NCBI GenBank assembly: GCA_018646625.1
Contig: JABGUJ010000001.1
Coordinates: 255,534-319,533, forward strand
DNA: 64,000 nucleotides
DNA from: Candidatus Woesearchaeota archaeon
GTDB lineage: Archaea; Nanobdellota; Nanobdellia; Woesearchaeales; JABGUJ01
Direction of reading: 5' to 3'
Both the position numbers and the translations under genes were made by a program. The notes beneath the pieces were generated by a model that saw nothing but the letters and a program-made list of their open reading frames with translations, was not told the origin of the DNA and did no database searches. Shown here piece after piece: positions 48,141-57,562 of the stretch (the stretch's first letter is position 1; each line of letters begins with the position of its first letter).

Positions 48141-48482
48141 ATGATGACTGATGAAAATATTATAATAAAAATAAACCCTAAAATCTATTCATTAGATGTA
48201 ATAAAGGCCGCCGCACACATATTAACCACTGAGGCTGAGATACACCTAAACGGAGATCCTGAATCGGAAATAGAAGTTACTATTTCTCCAAAAAACAAAG
48301 AAGATAATAAAGAACTCAGAGAAAAATTTAATGAACAATTACTAAACTATTCAGTTTATAAAAGTCATTCTGAGAAAACAAAAGACATCAGAAACGCAAT
48401 CATTCAAAGGGTTCTTTTAACAAACGATTCAGAATTCATTGATGCTGTGATTGAAGAACTTAGAGCCCAAGATAAAAAATGA
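48141..48482 (+). CDS. hxsD: His-Xaa-Ser system protein HxsD-like
   Basis: INPKIYSLDVIKAAA...KFNEQLLNY...KTKDIRNAII; ATGA-coupled to the HxsB-like gene. Confidence 0.8.
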   Translation: MMTDENIIIKINPKIYSLDVIKAAAHILTTEAEIHLNGDPESEIEVTISPKNKEDNKELREKFNEQLLNYSVYKSHSEKTKDIRNAIIQRVLLTNDSEFIDAVIEELRAQDKK

Positions 48483-49876
48483 ACAAAGAAGGGCAAGAAA
48501 GAGAATATGCGGAGAATTTCTACAGAATAAATCGAATAGGGGATAAATTTCTGGCTTCTACAGACTCAGGAGACTGGACCATTCTAACAAAAACACAACT
48601 AGCTGAACTGCGCTCAGGCAATTTATCGGACAATACCTACAAAATTGCAAAAGAGACTGGCCTAATCATCACTGAAGAAAACTTACCTAACATTTTGGCC
48701 AACACCAGAAAAAGATTACAACCTTTGTACAGAAGCACAGGATTACATATAATTGTAACGACACTAAGGTGTAATCACAAATGTTTGTATTGCCACAGTC
48801 ATCCAAAAACAACACAAGATGAAGATTACGATTTAAAACATGAAACCGCAGAGAGAATAATAGACTTTATTTTTCAATGTCCCTCGAATAATCTTACAAT
48901 AGAATTTCAGGGGGGAGAATCATTACTAAATGTTGCGTCATTCAAAGATGTTGTTAATATGTGTAAAGAAAAGAATAAAGAGAAAAAAAGAAACTTAACG
49001 TTCGTTCTTGTAACTAATTTATCATTAATGAATGAAGAGACCGCACAATGGTTAAAAGACGAAAAGATAGTTATATGTACAAGTGTCGACGGTCCCGAGA
49101 TATTACACAATAAAAACAGACCAACAGAATCTAGTATAAACTCTCACCAAAAAACCATAGAATGGATGAAAAAACTAAAAATAGATTACGGAATAGATGT
49201 TGGTGCTCTAATGGTCACTACAAAATCCTCCCTGCCACATTGGAAAGAGATTATAGATGAATACAGAAACATAGGATTAAACACAATACAGTTGAAACCG
49301 TTAAACAAATTGGGATTTGCAGAAAACAAATGGAAAGAAGTAGGATATGAATTTGAAGAATTTGAAGAGTTTTGGAAAAAATCTATGGATTACATACTAG
49401 AATTAAACAAAAAAAACATAATCTTCAAAGAAAGGTATGTGGAAATAATATTAAAAAAATTATTTATGGACTCAGATCCTGGATTTACGGACTTTGCCAG
49501 TCCTTGCGGATTAATAACTGGACAATTAACATATGATTACAATGGAGATATTTTTTCTTGCGATGAAGGAAGAAATTTTGATTTGTTTAAATTAGGAAAC
49601 GTTAATAACACAAAATACATTGATGTTATTAGGTCAAAAGAATCCCAACAACTAGTAAATGCAAGCACAATTGAAAATTACATCTGCGACATGTGCGCAT
49701 ACAAGCCATTTTGTGGAACTTGCGTAGTTAATAATTATGCAAGAGAAGGAAACATAATCCCAAACATTCCATCGAACTTTCACCATAAACTGTTCAAAAT
49801 GATGTTTGATTGGGTATTTAATGTTCTAATAAACAGGCCAGAAGACGCCAAACTACTGTCTAGATGGTGTAATTAA
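48479..49876 (+). CDS. hxsB: His-Xaa-Ser system radical SAM/SPASM maturase HxsB
   Basis: LHIIVTTLRCNHKCLYCH, TIEFQGGESLL, SPCG..TGQLTYDYNGDIFSCDEGR, SPASM CDMCAYKPFCGTC. Confidence 0.9.
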   Translation: MNKEGQEREYAENFYRINRIGDKFLASTDSGDWTILTKTQLAELRSGNLSDNTYKIAKETGLIITEENLPNILANTRKRLQPLYRSTGLHIIVTTLRCNHKCLYCHSHPKTTQDEDYDLKHETAERIIDFIFQCPSNNLTIEFQGGESLLNVASFKDVVNMCKEKNKEKKRNLTFVLVTNLSLMNEETAQWLKDEKIVICTSVDGPEILHNKNRPTESSINSHQKTIEWMKKLKIDYGIDVGALMVTTKSSLPHWKEIIDEYRNIGLNTIQLKPLNKLGFAENKWKEVGYEFEEFEEFWKKSMDYILELNKKNIIFKERYVEIILKKLFMDSDPGFTDFASPCGLITGQLTYDYNGDIFSCDEGRNFDLFKLGNVNNTKYIDVIRSKESQQLVNASTIENYICDMCAYKPFCGTCVVNNYAREGNIIPNIPSNFHHKLFKMMFDWVFNVLINRPEDAKLLSRWCN

Positions 49877-49879
49877 AAA

Positions 49880-49893
49880 GAAAGGTTTTAATA
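49880..49893 (+). promoter_or_regulatory. Putative BRE-TATA of the candidate precursor gene (leaderless)
   Basis: GAAAGG-TTTTAATA ending 24 nt before the ATG at 49918. Confidence 0.55.
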
Positions 49894-49917
49894 GTAGATA
49901 AAACCAACTTATAGACT

Positions 49918-50514
49918 ATGAAAAAGAGGATCTCAGATTTTCTACTTGATAAAGATGAGCAACCTAGAGCTCCAGTTGGAAAAGTTCTAATATATTCTTT
50001 AATGGGTGTTGCATCAGGAATTGTAGCAAGCCAAGTTGTAAATGCGGATTCAGGTCATCATAGCGCAAATATTCATTGTAGCGGCCCAGACATAGTTCCA
50101 GAACAGTACGAACTTGAACCAGGATCAACTTTTCTTAAGTTCTTATCTCCAGAAGATGGAAAAATGGACGTAGGTGGAAATTGTGGACAAGATTGTTGGG
50201 CGGCTAATTGTTGTTCAACAAAGGTTGAATGGGGAGATCCCGCCGGGAGCAAAAGTACAGATTGGATAGGTGGCTGGAGCGGATGGAAGAATAACTGTTT
50301 TAGATGGGGTAACCAAGACATTCAAGTACTCTCCCACAACAACAATATTCTTCTAAGAGGAGCAAGTCTAAAAATAATTGGAGAACACGCACACTCAATA
50401 AACGTGCTTCAAACACAAGTAAAAGCAACCGATAATACTGAATGCATGAGTGACGGAAGCTGCGCAACAGCCAGAAATGGGGCATGCTTAGATAGTGGCT
50501 ACCACAGTTGTTAA
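49918..50514 (+). CDS. Candidate His-Xaa-Ser RiPP precursor / rSAM substrate (His/Cys/Trp-rich)
   Basis: Directly after hxsB; leader MKKRISDFLL, hydrophobic stretch, then HHS..HCS, SHNN, HAHS, HSC; 10 Cys and 6 Trp. Confidence 0.65.
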   Translation: MKKRISDFLLDKDEQPRAPVGKVLIYSLMGVASGIVASQVVNADSGHHSANIHCSGPDIVPEQYELEPGSTFLKFLSPEDGKMDVGGNCGQDCWAANCCSTKVEWGDPAGSKSTDWIGGWSGWKNNCFRWGNQDIQVLSHNNNILLRGASLKIIGEHAHSINVLQTQVKATDNTECMSDGSCATARNGACLDSGYHSC

Positions 50515-51557
50515 TTTGAGTAAGAAAATTTTTCTAAATAATAAACATACAAATTTTTTCGAATTTTCTCATTAGACATCATAATCTTTAATGCATAAGG
50601 GGGAAATACAGAAGAGATCTTACCAAGAAATGAAGAATCATCGGAACAAAAAGGATCCTCGGTACTAAAATCCACCACATCCTCGCAAGGAAACTTATCC
50701 TGTTCAGAGGTGAAAAACATACACAAAGATTTTTCAAATCCTAAATAATCAGAGCAAGGATTTTCATATCCGAACGAAGAATAACCCGCTACTTTGCAAC
50801 CCATTTCAAAAGCACTATCAAAATAAAACTCATAAGAAGATGGCACAAAATCACATTGACGATTCAAAGATTTCGAATATAAAATACAAGGCAAAGTATT
50901 GGAATTTGTCCCACAGTAATCCCCTTGCTCAGACAAATCATAAAACAAACATTCATCAGGATCGCAAGATTCTCTCTCACCTAAAGACCACATATACGAA
51001 TTACATAACATAAGAGTCATTGAATCAGTAAACTCACCACAATCAGTTAAATCATTTGATACAATATCATAACTCAGCTCACACTTTTGGGAATCCCCGC
51101 AAGCTGAAAGATCATCAGAATCTATAACACGCTTAAACATAAAATCCTCACATTCGTGAACATCGTCTTCATCTCGACAATCATGGTAATTTGAAGGAAC
51201 TGCCGGAACAAATGTACAGGCATCCAGAGAGTCTCCAACTAATGCAGCATAAACACAACCATCTGATTCCCATATTTTCTCAGCACAAGCATAATAGTAA
51301 TTATGTCCCTTAATACGTTTGCAAAAAGACGCATCTCCTGATTGTTTAGCTAGTTTAAGAAAACATACGTCAGAATCAGGCAACCCTTCGCAAGATTCTA
51401 CAGTTAATTCATCTGAAACAATCTTATCGGAAATATAATCTAAAGGTGAAGAAACAAACTCACCAGAATCTGAAGTTGGCCAAAAATAAACAGCTGCAAG
51501 AACAACAAGTACTAAAACCGATACAAGAGATAAAATCAACTTCAGAGCATTCTTCAT
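50511..51557 (-). CDS. Membrane-anchored Cys-repeat exported protein
   Basis: N-terminal TM then repeated C-x(6-9)-C-x(10-12)-C units; TTTATAAA ~24 nt upstream; converges on the precursor gene. Confidence 0.78.
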   Translation of the reverse strand: MKNALKLILSLVSVLVLVVLAAVYFWPTSDSGEFVSSPLDYISDKIVSDELTVESCEGLPDSDVCFLKLAKQSGDASFCKRIKGHNYYYACAEKIWESDGCVYAALVGDSLDACTFVPAVPSNYHDCRDEDDVHECEDFMFKRVIDSDDLSACGDSQKCELSYDIVSNDLTDCGEFTDSMTLMLCNSYMWSLGERESCDPDECLFYDLSEQGDYCGTNSNTLPCILYSKSLNRQCDFVPSSYEFYFDSAFEMGCKVAGYSSFGYENPCSDYLGFEKSLCMFFTSEQDKFPCEDVVDFSTEDPFCSDDSSFLGKISSVFPPYALKIMMSNEKIRKNLYVYYLEKFSYSN

Positions 51558-51693
51558 TTAAAAAGACAGGTTAAATAACATTTATAAACATTTATCACCC
51601 CTGTTAAAGAGATACTAAGAAACCAGGATAACAGAGTTAATAGTACCACAATACCAAAAAGTATTTCAAAAGAGAAACGCCACAAAAACTAAT

Positions 51694-53010
51694 ATGAAGA
51701 TATATTATATTGAAGAAGACATTCTAAAATACCTTCTTAGCTACGTAGAAACATATTGTAAAACAGAGATTGAAGCAATATCTCTAAACAATTGCAAAAC
51801 GGATGAAATAGAAAACTCAGAGAAAAACTTGATCTTAATATCTAGCACATCTTTATATGACATGAACAGGACGCACGAAGTTCTTAAGAAAATAAAAATT
51901 CAATTTCCAGAAACAAAAATAAGAATAATTCTGGGCGGATCTATGCACTATATCTTGAACAATGAAGATTTTTTAAACCACTACACGCAAGCCAGCCATA
52001 TTTGTGTTGGAAAAGGTGAAGAATTTCTTAGAACTTTAATTGATAAGAAAGTTCCAAAAGGCGTACATTTCGCAGAAGACTTCGGGAACATCAAACCATA
52101 CAGAATAAACAAAAAGTACAGAATAGAAAAAGAAGTAAAAATAACATTTAATGACAACAGGTGTGACTGGCAGAAATGCCTATTCTGTCATCACCAAACA
52201 AGACATGTTTGTCCAATAAATACTGCAGAGAAAATTGCAGAAGATGTAGAATATTACATAAAAGAGTGCAACTACAAACACTTTTACTTTTATGATAATA
52301 ACATGAATCCTCATGTGCTGAACAAATTCCTCAAGATTCTTCTAGAAAAAGGACTAAACAAATACTCCCCCACATTTTATTTATTTGGACTTAGAGTGGA
52401 TTCTCAATTTGAGGTACTTACTGAAATTTTAGAACAATGGAAACCGTCTCCAATCGTTGGAGGATCGTGGGGCTTAGAATTCTATGATCAAGAAATATTA
52501 GATTTATATAATAAGAATACTAAACTAAAGCAAATAGATAACGCACTTGCTTTTTTTCATAAATACGGCATAGCTAACGACGCTTATCTTCTGTTGGGTT
52601 TACCTGGAGTAAACAACAAACACATAGAACATTTCAAAGAATTTATAGACCATAAAAGTTACTTGGTTCGCGATTATAGAGTTTCATTTTTTCTATTAAA
52701 TCCCTTCATAAGAATGTACGAAGATAAAGAAAAATTCAAAATGCATGAAAAAAACTATTTAACATTACAAGACTTCTTCCTAGATAAAATAAACGCCCCA
52801 AAAATAAGAACCATATTCAAAAATTTCGATTCATGGGATGAAGATTTAGGACGTTATGTTGATAGAGGAGAAACTCTCAGAAAATATTTCCCCATATTAA
52901 AACATAAAAAAATGAAATTTCACCCCAATATGTTTTTATTAGATGATCACTCTTGCAATCTACTAACATCCTTAAGATTATTGGGAGAAAAAAGTGAGGA
53001 AAAGTCATGA
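51694..53010 (+). CDS. Radical SAM protein with degenerate B12-binding N-domain (class B-like)
   Basis: IILGGS, CVGKGEE, variant cluster motif RCDWQKCLFC (Cx4Cx2C), FYFYDNN, WGLEFYDQEILDLYNK, YLLLGLPG. Confidence 0.82.
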   Translation: MKIYYIEEDILKYLLSYVETYCKTEIEAISLNNCKTDEIENSEKNLILISSTSLYDMNRTHEVLKKIKIQFPETKIRIILGGSMHYILNNEDFLNHYTQASHICVGKGEEFLRTLIDKKVPKGVHFAEDFGNIKPYRINKKYRIEKEVKITFNDNRCDWQKCLFCHHQTRHVCPINTAEKIAEDVEYYIKECNYKHFYFYDNNMNPHVLNKFLKILLEKGLNKYSPTFYLFGLRVDSQFEVLTEILEQWKPSPIVGGSWGLEFYDQEILDLYNKNTKLKQIDNALAFFHKYGIANDAYLLLGLPGVNNKHIEHFKEFIDHKSYLVRDYRVSFFLLNPFIRMYEDKEKFKMHEKNYLTLQDFFLDKINAPKIRTIFKNFDSWDEDLGRYVDRGETLRKYFPILKHKKMKFHPNMFLLDDHSCNLLTSLRLLGEKSEEKS

Positions 53011-54530
53011 GAGTTACATTCATACATGAATCAAAAAGCGCAGATGGCCCTGACATCACACTAATACCTATTGGATTAGTTGGTTTAGCGGATTATATTG
53101 CAAAACAAGAGAATAAAGTTGAAATTCTACATCACAAAAGTGAACAAGTTATAAACCCAGAATTTAATCTTTCAGAATATCTCAAACAACAACAAACTGA
53201 TGCTGTTTGCTTAGATTTACACTGGCACTTACAAGCAGCAGACGTCATAAACACTATCAAAGAACTAAAAGCAAACAACCCAACACTCATCACAATATTA
53301 GGTGGATTAACAGCGAGTTTCTTTGCAGAAGAGATCATTACAAATCATAAAGAAGTAGATTACGTAATAAAAGGAGATGGAGAAGAACCATTAGCTAAAC
53401 TTCTCAAAGCCATACAAGAAAAAAGTCCCTTAGAACAGGTCCCAAATCTAACGTGGAGAATAAACAAAAAAACTATAACAAATCCTCAAACATTCACAAT
53501 AAAAGAAGAAATGATTAACAAACTAAATTTTACAAACTTCGACTTAATAAAAAATAAAGAATTCTATCTCAGACTACAACCAAGCGAAGAAAAATGCCTT
53601 AATTGCAAAAAAGAATGCGATAAAAAAAGTTTCTACTTCACAGTTGGAAGAGGATGTCCGGTAGACTGCTCATTCTGCGGCGGATCAAAAACATCTCAAA
53701 AATTAATAAACAACAGAGATACTCCAATAAACTTAGATCCAAAAAAAGCAGTAGAAGAATTAAAAAAAGCAAAAGAAAATCATGGATTAGATATTTGGTA
53801 TGCTTGCTATGATCCATTTCCAAGATCAAAGTCATACTTAGAAATATTCAAAGAAATAAGAAAACAAAAAATAGACCTGGGATTAAGATTTGAATCTTGG
53901 GCCTTGCCAACAACGGAGTTCATAGACGAATTCAAGAAAACCTTCGATCCAACCAAATCTGAAATAATATTAAGTCCAGAAAGCGGATCAGAAAAAGTAC
54001 GACAAAAAAACAAAGGATACAATTACTCAAATACAGAACTTCTAGAAACATTAGAATACATAGAATCAAAGGGATTAAGAAGCTGTGTATACTTCACTAC
54101 TGGCTTGCCTTTTGAGAAAAAAGAAGACGCACTAAAAAGTTTAGCACTAATAAATTTCATAAGAACTAATTTCAACAAAACTAAAATACTGACTGCAGCA
54201 ATAATAATGGAACCTGGATCTCCTTGGTTTTTAGATCCCGAGAAATATGGAATAAAAACCAAATTAAAAACATTTTCAGATTATCTTAATTTTCACGCAG
54301 GAGGATTCAGCGTAGGTTATGAAACAGAGCACATGAAAGAGCTAGAAATTAGAGATTTTATAGGATTAATGGATGCTGAAGAGAAATGCGTTTATCCAGA
54401 ATCTAACTTTCTGAAAACGCTTCTTAAAACTTGTTTTTCAATAGAACATCATAAAACAGATCAACTACACGCCTTATGCAGTACGTGCAAAAACTATAGA
54501 GAGTGTTTCCCTTCCTTATTCATAAAGTAA
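53007..54530 (+). CDS. Cobalamin-binding radical SAM protein
   Basis: PIGLVGLA, ILGGLTAS, VDYVIKGDGEEP, VPNL, GRGCPVDCSFCGG, SPESGSEKVR, FTTGLPFE; C-terminal CxxC; ATGA-coupled to the upstream gene. Confidence 0.9.
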   Translation: MRVTFIHESKSADGPDITLIPIGLVGLADYIAKQENKVEILHHKSEQVINPEFNLSEYLKQQQTDAVCLDLHWHLQAADVINTIKELKANNPTLITILGGLTASFFAEEIITNHKEVDYVIKGDGEEPLAKLLKAIQEKSPLEQVPNLTWRINKKTITNPQTFTIKEEMINKLNFTNFDLIKNKEFYLRLQPSEEKCLNCKKECDKKSFYFTVGRGCPVDCSFCGGSKTSQKLINNRDTPINLDPKKAVEELKKAKENHGLDIWYACYDPFPRSKSYLEIFKEIRKQKIDLGLRFESWALPTTEFIDEFKKTFDPTKSEIILSPESGSEKVRQKNKGYNYSNTELLETLEYIESKGLRSCVYFTTGLPFEKKEDALKSLALINFIRTNFNKTKILTAAIIMEPGSPWFLDPEKYGIKTKLKTFSDYLNFHAGGFSVGYETEHMKELEIRDFIGLMDAEEKCVYPESNFLKTLLKTCFSIEHHKTDQLHALCSTCKNYRECFPSLFIK

Positions 54531-54896
54531 AGTACAAACGGGAGTGATCTCAAATCTAGATTCACCAGCAAGATTCTCAAATTCAAAAGAAAAAGATGAT
54601 TTCTCAAACACATCAAGAGTTCCCAAATCAATAATATCCTCCGCCCTTTCCGTTTCATTTTCAAGAAGAAGATCAACAAAACAATTCTGAAGTTCAAAGC
54701 TATTACTAAAAAGATCAATTTGAATAGACATCAAACCAGAACTCATATTATGACTAGTTTCATTGAACCCTACAATCTCATAATTAGGAGAATCAGAAAA
54801 ACCAAGAAATATTGACAGAAGAACAACAAAGAACACTAGACAGCACATAAAATGATAGCCAATCATACATCTACATTTCATAAAAATAAACAACAC
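54516..54896 (-). CDS. Small N-terminally anchored hypothetical protein (start uncertain)
   Basis: Hydrophobic N-terminus then an acidic beta-rich domain; co-oriented with rnp3. Confidence 0.55.
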   Translation of the reverse strand: MLFIFMKCRCMIGYHFMCCLVFFVVLLSIFLGFSDSPNYEIVGFNETSHNMSSGLMSIQIDLFSNSFELQNCFVDLLLENETERAEDIIDLGTLDVFEKSSFSFEFENLAGESRFEITPVCTLLYE

Positions 54897-54905
54897 AAAA
54901 GAAAC

Positions 54906-55400
54906 TTATAAACTTTCCTCTAAATTTATCATCTCAAACCACTCATCAGCAAGACTAACCCAACAACACTCAACCTTATACTTTTTACAAAGCCTAATAT
55001 TCTGCTCAATTCTGCCCAACAACTGAGCTCTACGAACACCTTTAGCATGTAGAACAGCACCAAAATCAAAACCAATCATAGTATTTGCATCTCGAGCCAC
55101 TTTACACATGATTTGATTAAGCCCTGAATAACGATGATGCACCCCATCTTTACGAGCAACACCCTCTAATCCATAAACTAAATCAACATCTCTGTTTTGC
55201 AACCATTTTCGATCATTAACACCATCTGCTTTTTTAATTATAAACGAAGCTTTGCGCTCGCCAGCTTTAATCATCTTAATCTTATCGGACTTCAACTCAA
55301 AATCACCAACAATATACAAAGTATCAATACCTAAACGCAAAGCTATCTCTTCAAACTTAACAAGAGCCTTAGCATCCTTTGGACATATTACATCAAACAT
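54906..55400 (-). CDS. rnp3: Ribonuclease P protein component 3 (Rpp30), shortened
   Basis: RKDGVHHRYSGLNQIMCKVA...IGFDF...RAQLLGRIEQNIRLCKKYKV...SLA typical of archaeal Rpp30. Confidence 0.8.
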   Translation of the reverse strand: MFDVICPKDAKALVKFEEIALRLGIDTLYIVGDFELKSDKIKMIKAGERKASFIIKKADGVNDRKWLQNRDVDLVYGLEGVARKDGVHHRYSGLNQIMCKVARDANTMIGFDFGAVLHAKGVRRAQLLGRIEQNIRLCKKYKVECCWVSLADEWFEMINLEESL

Positions 55401-55425
55401 AACAAATTAAGAAAAAACAGGAAAT

Positions 55426-55809
55426 TTAAGTCTTTCCTTTACTTCTATAATCCTTGATGGCCTCTCTCAAAGCTTCTTCTCCAAGAATAGAACAATGAAC
55501 CTTAATAGCAGGCATTCCTCCTAAATAATCCACAATATCTTGCTTAGAGATTTTCTCAGCATCTTCAAGAGTCATTCCTTTAGCCAATTCACATAAAGCA
55601 TCTGTAGATGCAATAGCAGTAGCACATCCAAAGGTTTGAAACTTAATCTCAGAAATCTTATTATCTTCAACTTTGATAAAAAGCTCCATCACATCCCCGC
55701 ACTTAGGATTACCTACTTTTCCCATACCATCAGCATCCTCTAACTTACCGTTATGCTTAGGATGAAAAAAGTGATCTTTGACCTTATCCGAATATTCATC
55801 TATATACAT
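55426..55809 (-). CDS. iscU: Fe-S cluster scaffold IscU/NifU-like
   Basis: YSDKVKDHF, GNPKCGDVM, FQTFGCATAIAS, KVHCS. Confidence 0.95.
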   Translation of the reverse strand: MYIDEYSDKVKDHFFHPKHNGKLEDADGMGKVGNPKCGDVMELFIKVEDNKISEIKFQTFGCATAIASTDALCELAKGMTLEDAEKISKQDIVDYLGGMPAIKVHCSILGEEALREAIKDYRSKGKT

Positions 55810-55822
55810 TTCAACTCACCTA

Positions 55823-57025
55823 CTAATGATGATCATCAAACTTCATCTTTTCTGCTTCTGCCAAATCTTCATTGTTTTTTATTGGACTTAATCCTCTAAG
55901 TTCATTCACAATGTTTGGCATAACTTTCAACACATAATCAACTTCTTCTTCTTTAGTTTCGCGTGACAAAGTAAATCTTATCGCACCATGTGCTTTCGAA
56001 TGGGGAATATTTATTGCCAACAACACATGGCTAGGATCTAAAGATTGAGAACTACATGCGCTGCCTGTTGAAGCACATATCCCATTTTTATCTAGGTGTA
56101 ACAAAATTCCTTCCCCTTCAATAAAATTGAATGAAATATTAACATTATTACACAATCTACTCTCTCGAGAACCATTCAACTCAGTATCATTAATTTCTAA
56201 CAAGCCAGTCATCAACTTATCACGAAGTGATGTGATTCGTTCAACATCATCGTCTGTCCACAAACTCACCGCAGTTGCAAACCCGACTATGCCTGGAATG
56301 TTTTCAGTCCCCGCTCTTAATCCAAGCTCATGACTTCCACCATAAATTTGTCTATACAATTTAGTCCCTCGTTTAACAAACAAAGCACCAACACCTTTTG
56401 GCCCGTGTAGTTTATGCGAAGCAAACGCAGCCAACGACAAATTCATTTGTTTTACATTAATTGGAACTTTACACAAACTTTGCACACAATCTGAATGAAA
56501 TACAATATTTTTCTCAGCACAGATCTCTCCAATCTTTTCTAAATCTTGTACAACGCCAACTTCATTGTTGGCATGCATTATAGAAACTAAAACAGTATTA
56601 TCCTTTATTGCACTTCGCAACTTATCCAAATCTAACATACCATCATTATCAACATTAAGTACAGTAACTTCAAAACCTTCTTTGCCTAATTGTTTATACG
56701 TTTCTAAAACCGCAGGATGTTCAATGGTTGTTGTAATGATGTGATTACCTTTATCCTTCAAAGCATGTGAAGTTCCTCTAATCGCAAGATTATCACTCTC
56801 GGATCCGCCGCTTGTAAATACAATCTCATCATTATCTGCATTAATCCTATCAGCAATTACCTGCCTAGCATCATTTAATGCATTCCTCGCTTCTGCCCCT
56901 TTATGATGTAAACTGCTCGCATTACCATAATACTTCAGAAAATAAGGGATCATAGCCTCAACTACTCTAACATCAACTTTAGTTGTTGCACCGTTATCCA
57001 AATAAATTTCAGGTTTCTCATCCAT
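55823..57025 (-). CDS. iscS: Cysteine desulfurase IscS/NifS
   Basis: YLDNGATT, FTSGGSESDN, SHKLHGPKG (PLP Lys), RAGTEN, STGSACSS. Confidence 0.96.
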   Translation of the reverse strand: MDEKPEIYLDNGATTKVDVRVVEAMIPYFLKYYGNASSLHHKGAEARNALNDARQVIADRINADNDEIVFTSGGSESDNLAIRGTSHALKDKGNHIITTTIEHPAVLETYKQLGKEGFEVTVLNVDNDGMLDLDKLRSAIKDNTVLVSIMHANNEVGVVQDLEKIGEICAEKNIVFHSDCVQSLCKVPINVKQMNLSLAAFASHKLHGPKGVGALFVKRGTKLYRQIYGGSHELGLRAGTENIPGIVGFATAVSLWTDDDVERITSLRDKLMTGLLEINDTELNGSRESRLCNNVNISFNFIEGEGILLHLDKNGICASTGSACSSQSLDPSHVLLAINIPHSKAHGAIRFTLSRETKEEEVDYVLKVMPNIVNELRGLSPIKNNEDLAEAEKMKFDDHH

Positions 57026-57031
57026 ATTTCA

Positions 57032-57400
57032 TCACTCTTCGTCTTTTTTACGGCAAACATTACACTCATGTTTAACTGTATCGAATTTCTGATGAATCTT
57101 GCATAAAAAATCACTGTTTCTTAGCTCTTTCGCCACTCGCTGTAATTCTTCATTGAATTTAGAAGGAGATTCCAACAGCATTTTGACTGATTCAGCAATC
57201 TCAGCAACAGTATGCGCCTCAAATTGCACTTCCTTGCCTCTTTTAGCCTTAAGATACTGTGAAACAGCAGGCTCAGTTATTTCCATGATTCTGGCTATAT
57301 CCTTCTGTTTCATGCCAGTTGCCAAAAAAGCCTTAGAAAATTCTCTTCTCAAAGCAGGCAATATGTACCATACCTCGATCTCTTGTGGTGTGTGTCTCAT
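57032..57400 (-). CDS. Archaeal HTH transcriptional regulator with C-terminal Cys/His motif
   Basis: PQEIEVWYILPALR...MKQKDIARIMEITEPAVSQYLKAKRG...LCKIH...CNVC; start 57400 or 57409. Confidence 0.85.
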   Translation of the reverse strand: MRHTPQEIEVWYILPALRREFSKAFLATGMKQKDIARIMEITEPAVSQYLKAKRGKEVQFEAHTVAEIAESVKMLLESPSKFNEELQRVAKELRNSDFLCKIHQKFDTVKHECNVCRKKDEE

Positions 57401-57562
57401 AAATATCATCCCCGCATATGGATCTTAACAATGCTTTATTTAACAATAGTTAACAAATATATAAATCTTACTACAAAACGCCATTTTATTTATAAACAAA
57501 GCAAAAGAAAACCTTTAAATAGAAAAGTGTTATTTCAGAGTAGCAACAGAGGGATATCCATA

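Noticed and set aside
57383..57562. Track start of the 1206-aa ORF
   Set aside because: Overlaps the divergent HTH gene and an AT-rich promoter region; the signal peptide begins at 57563
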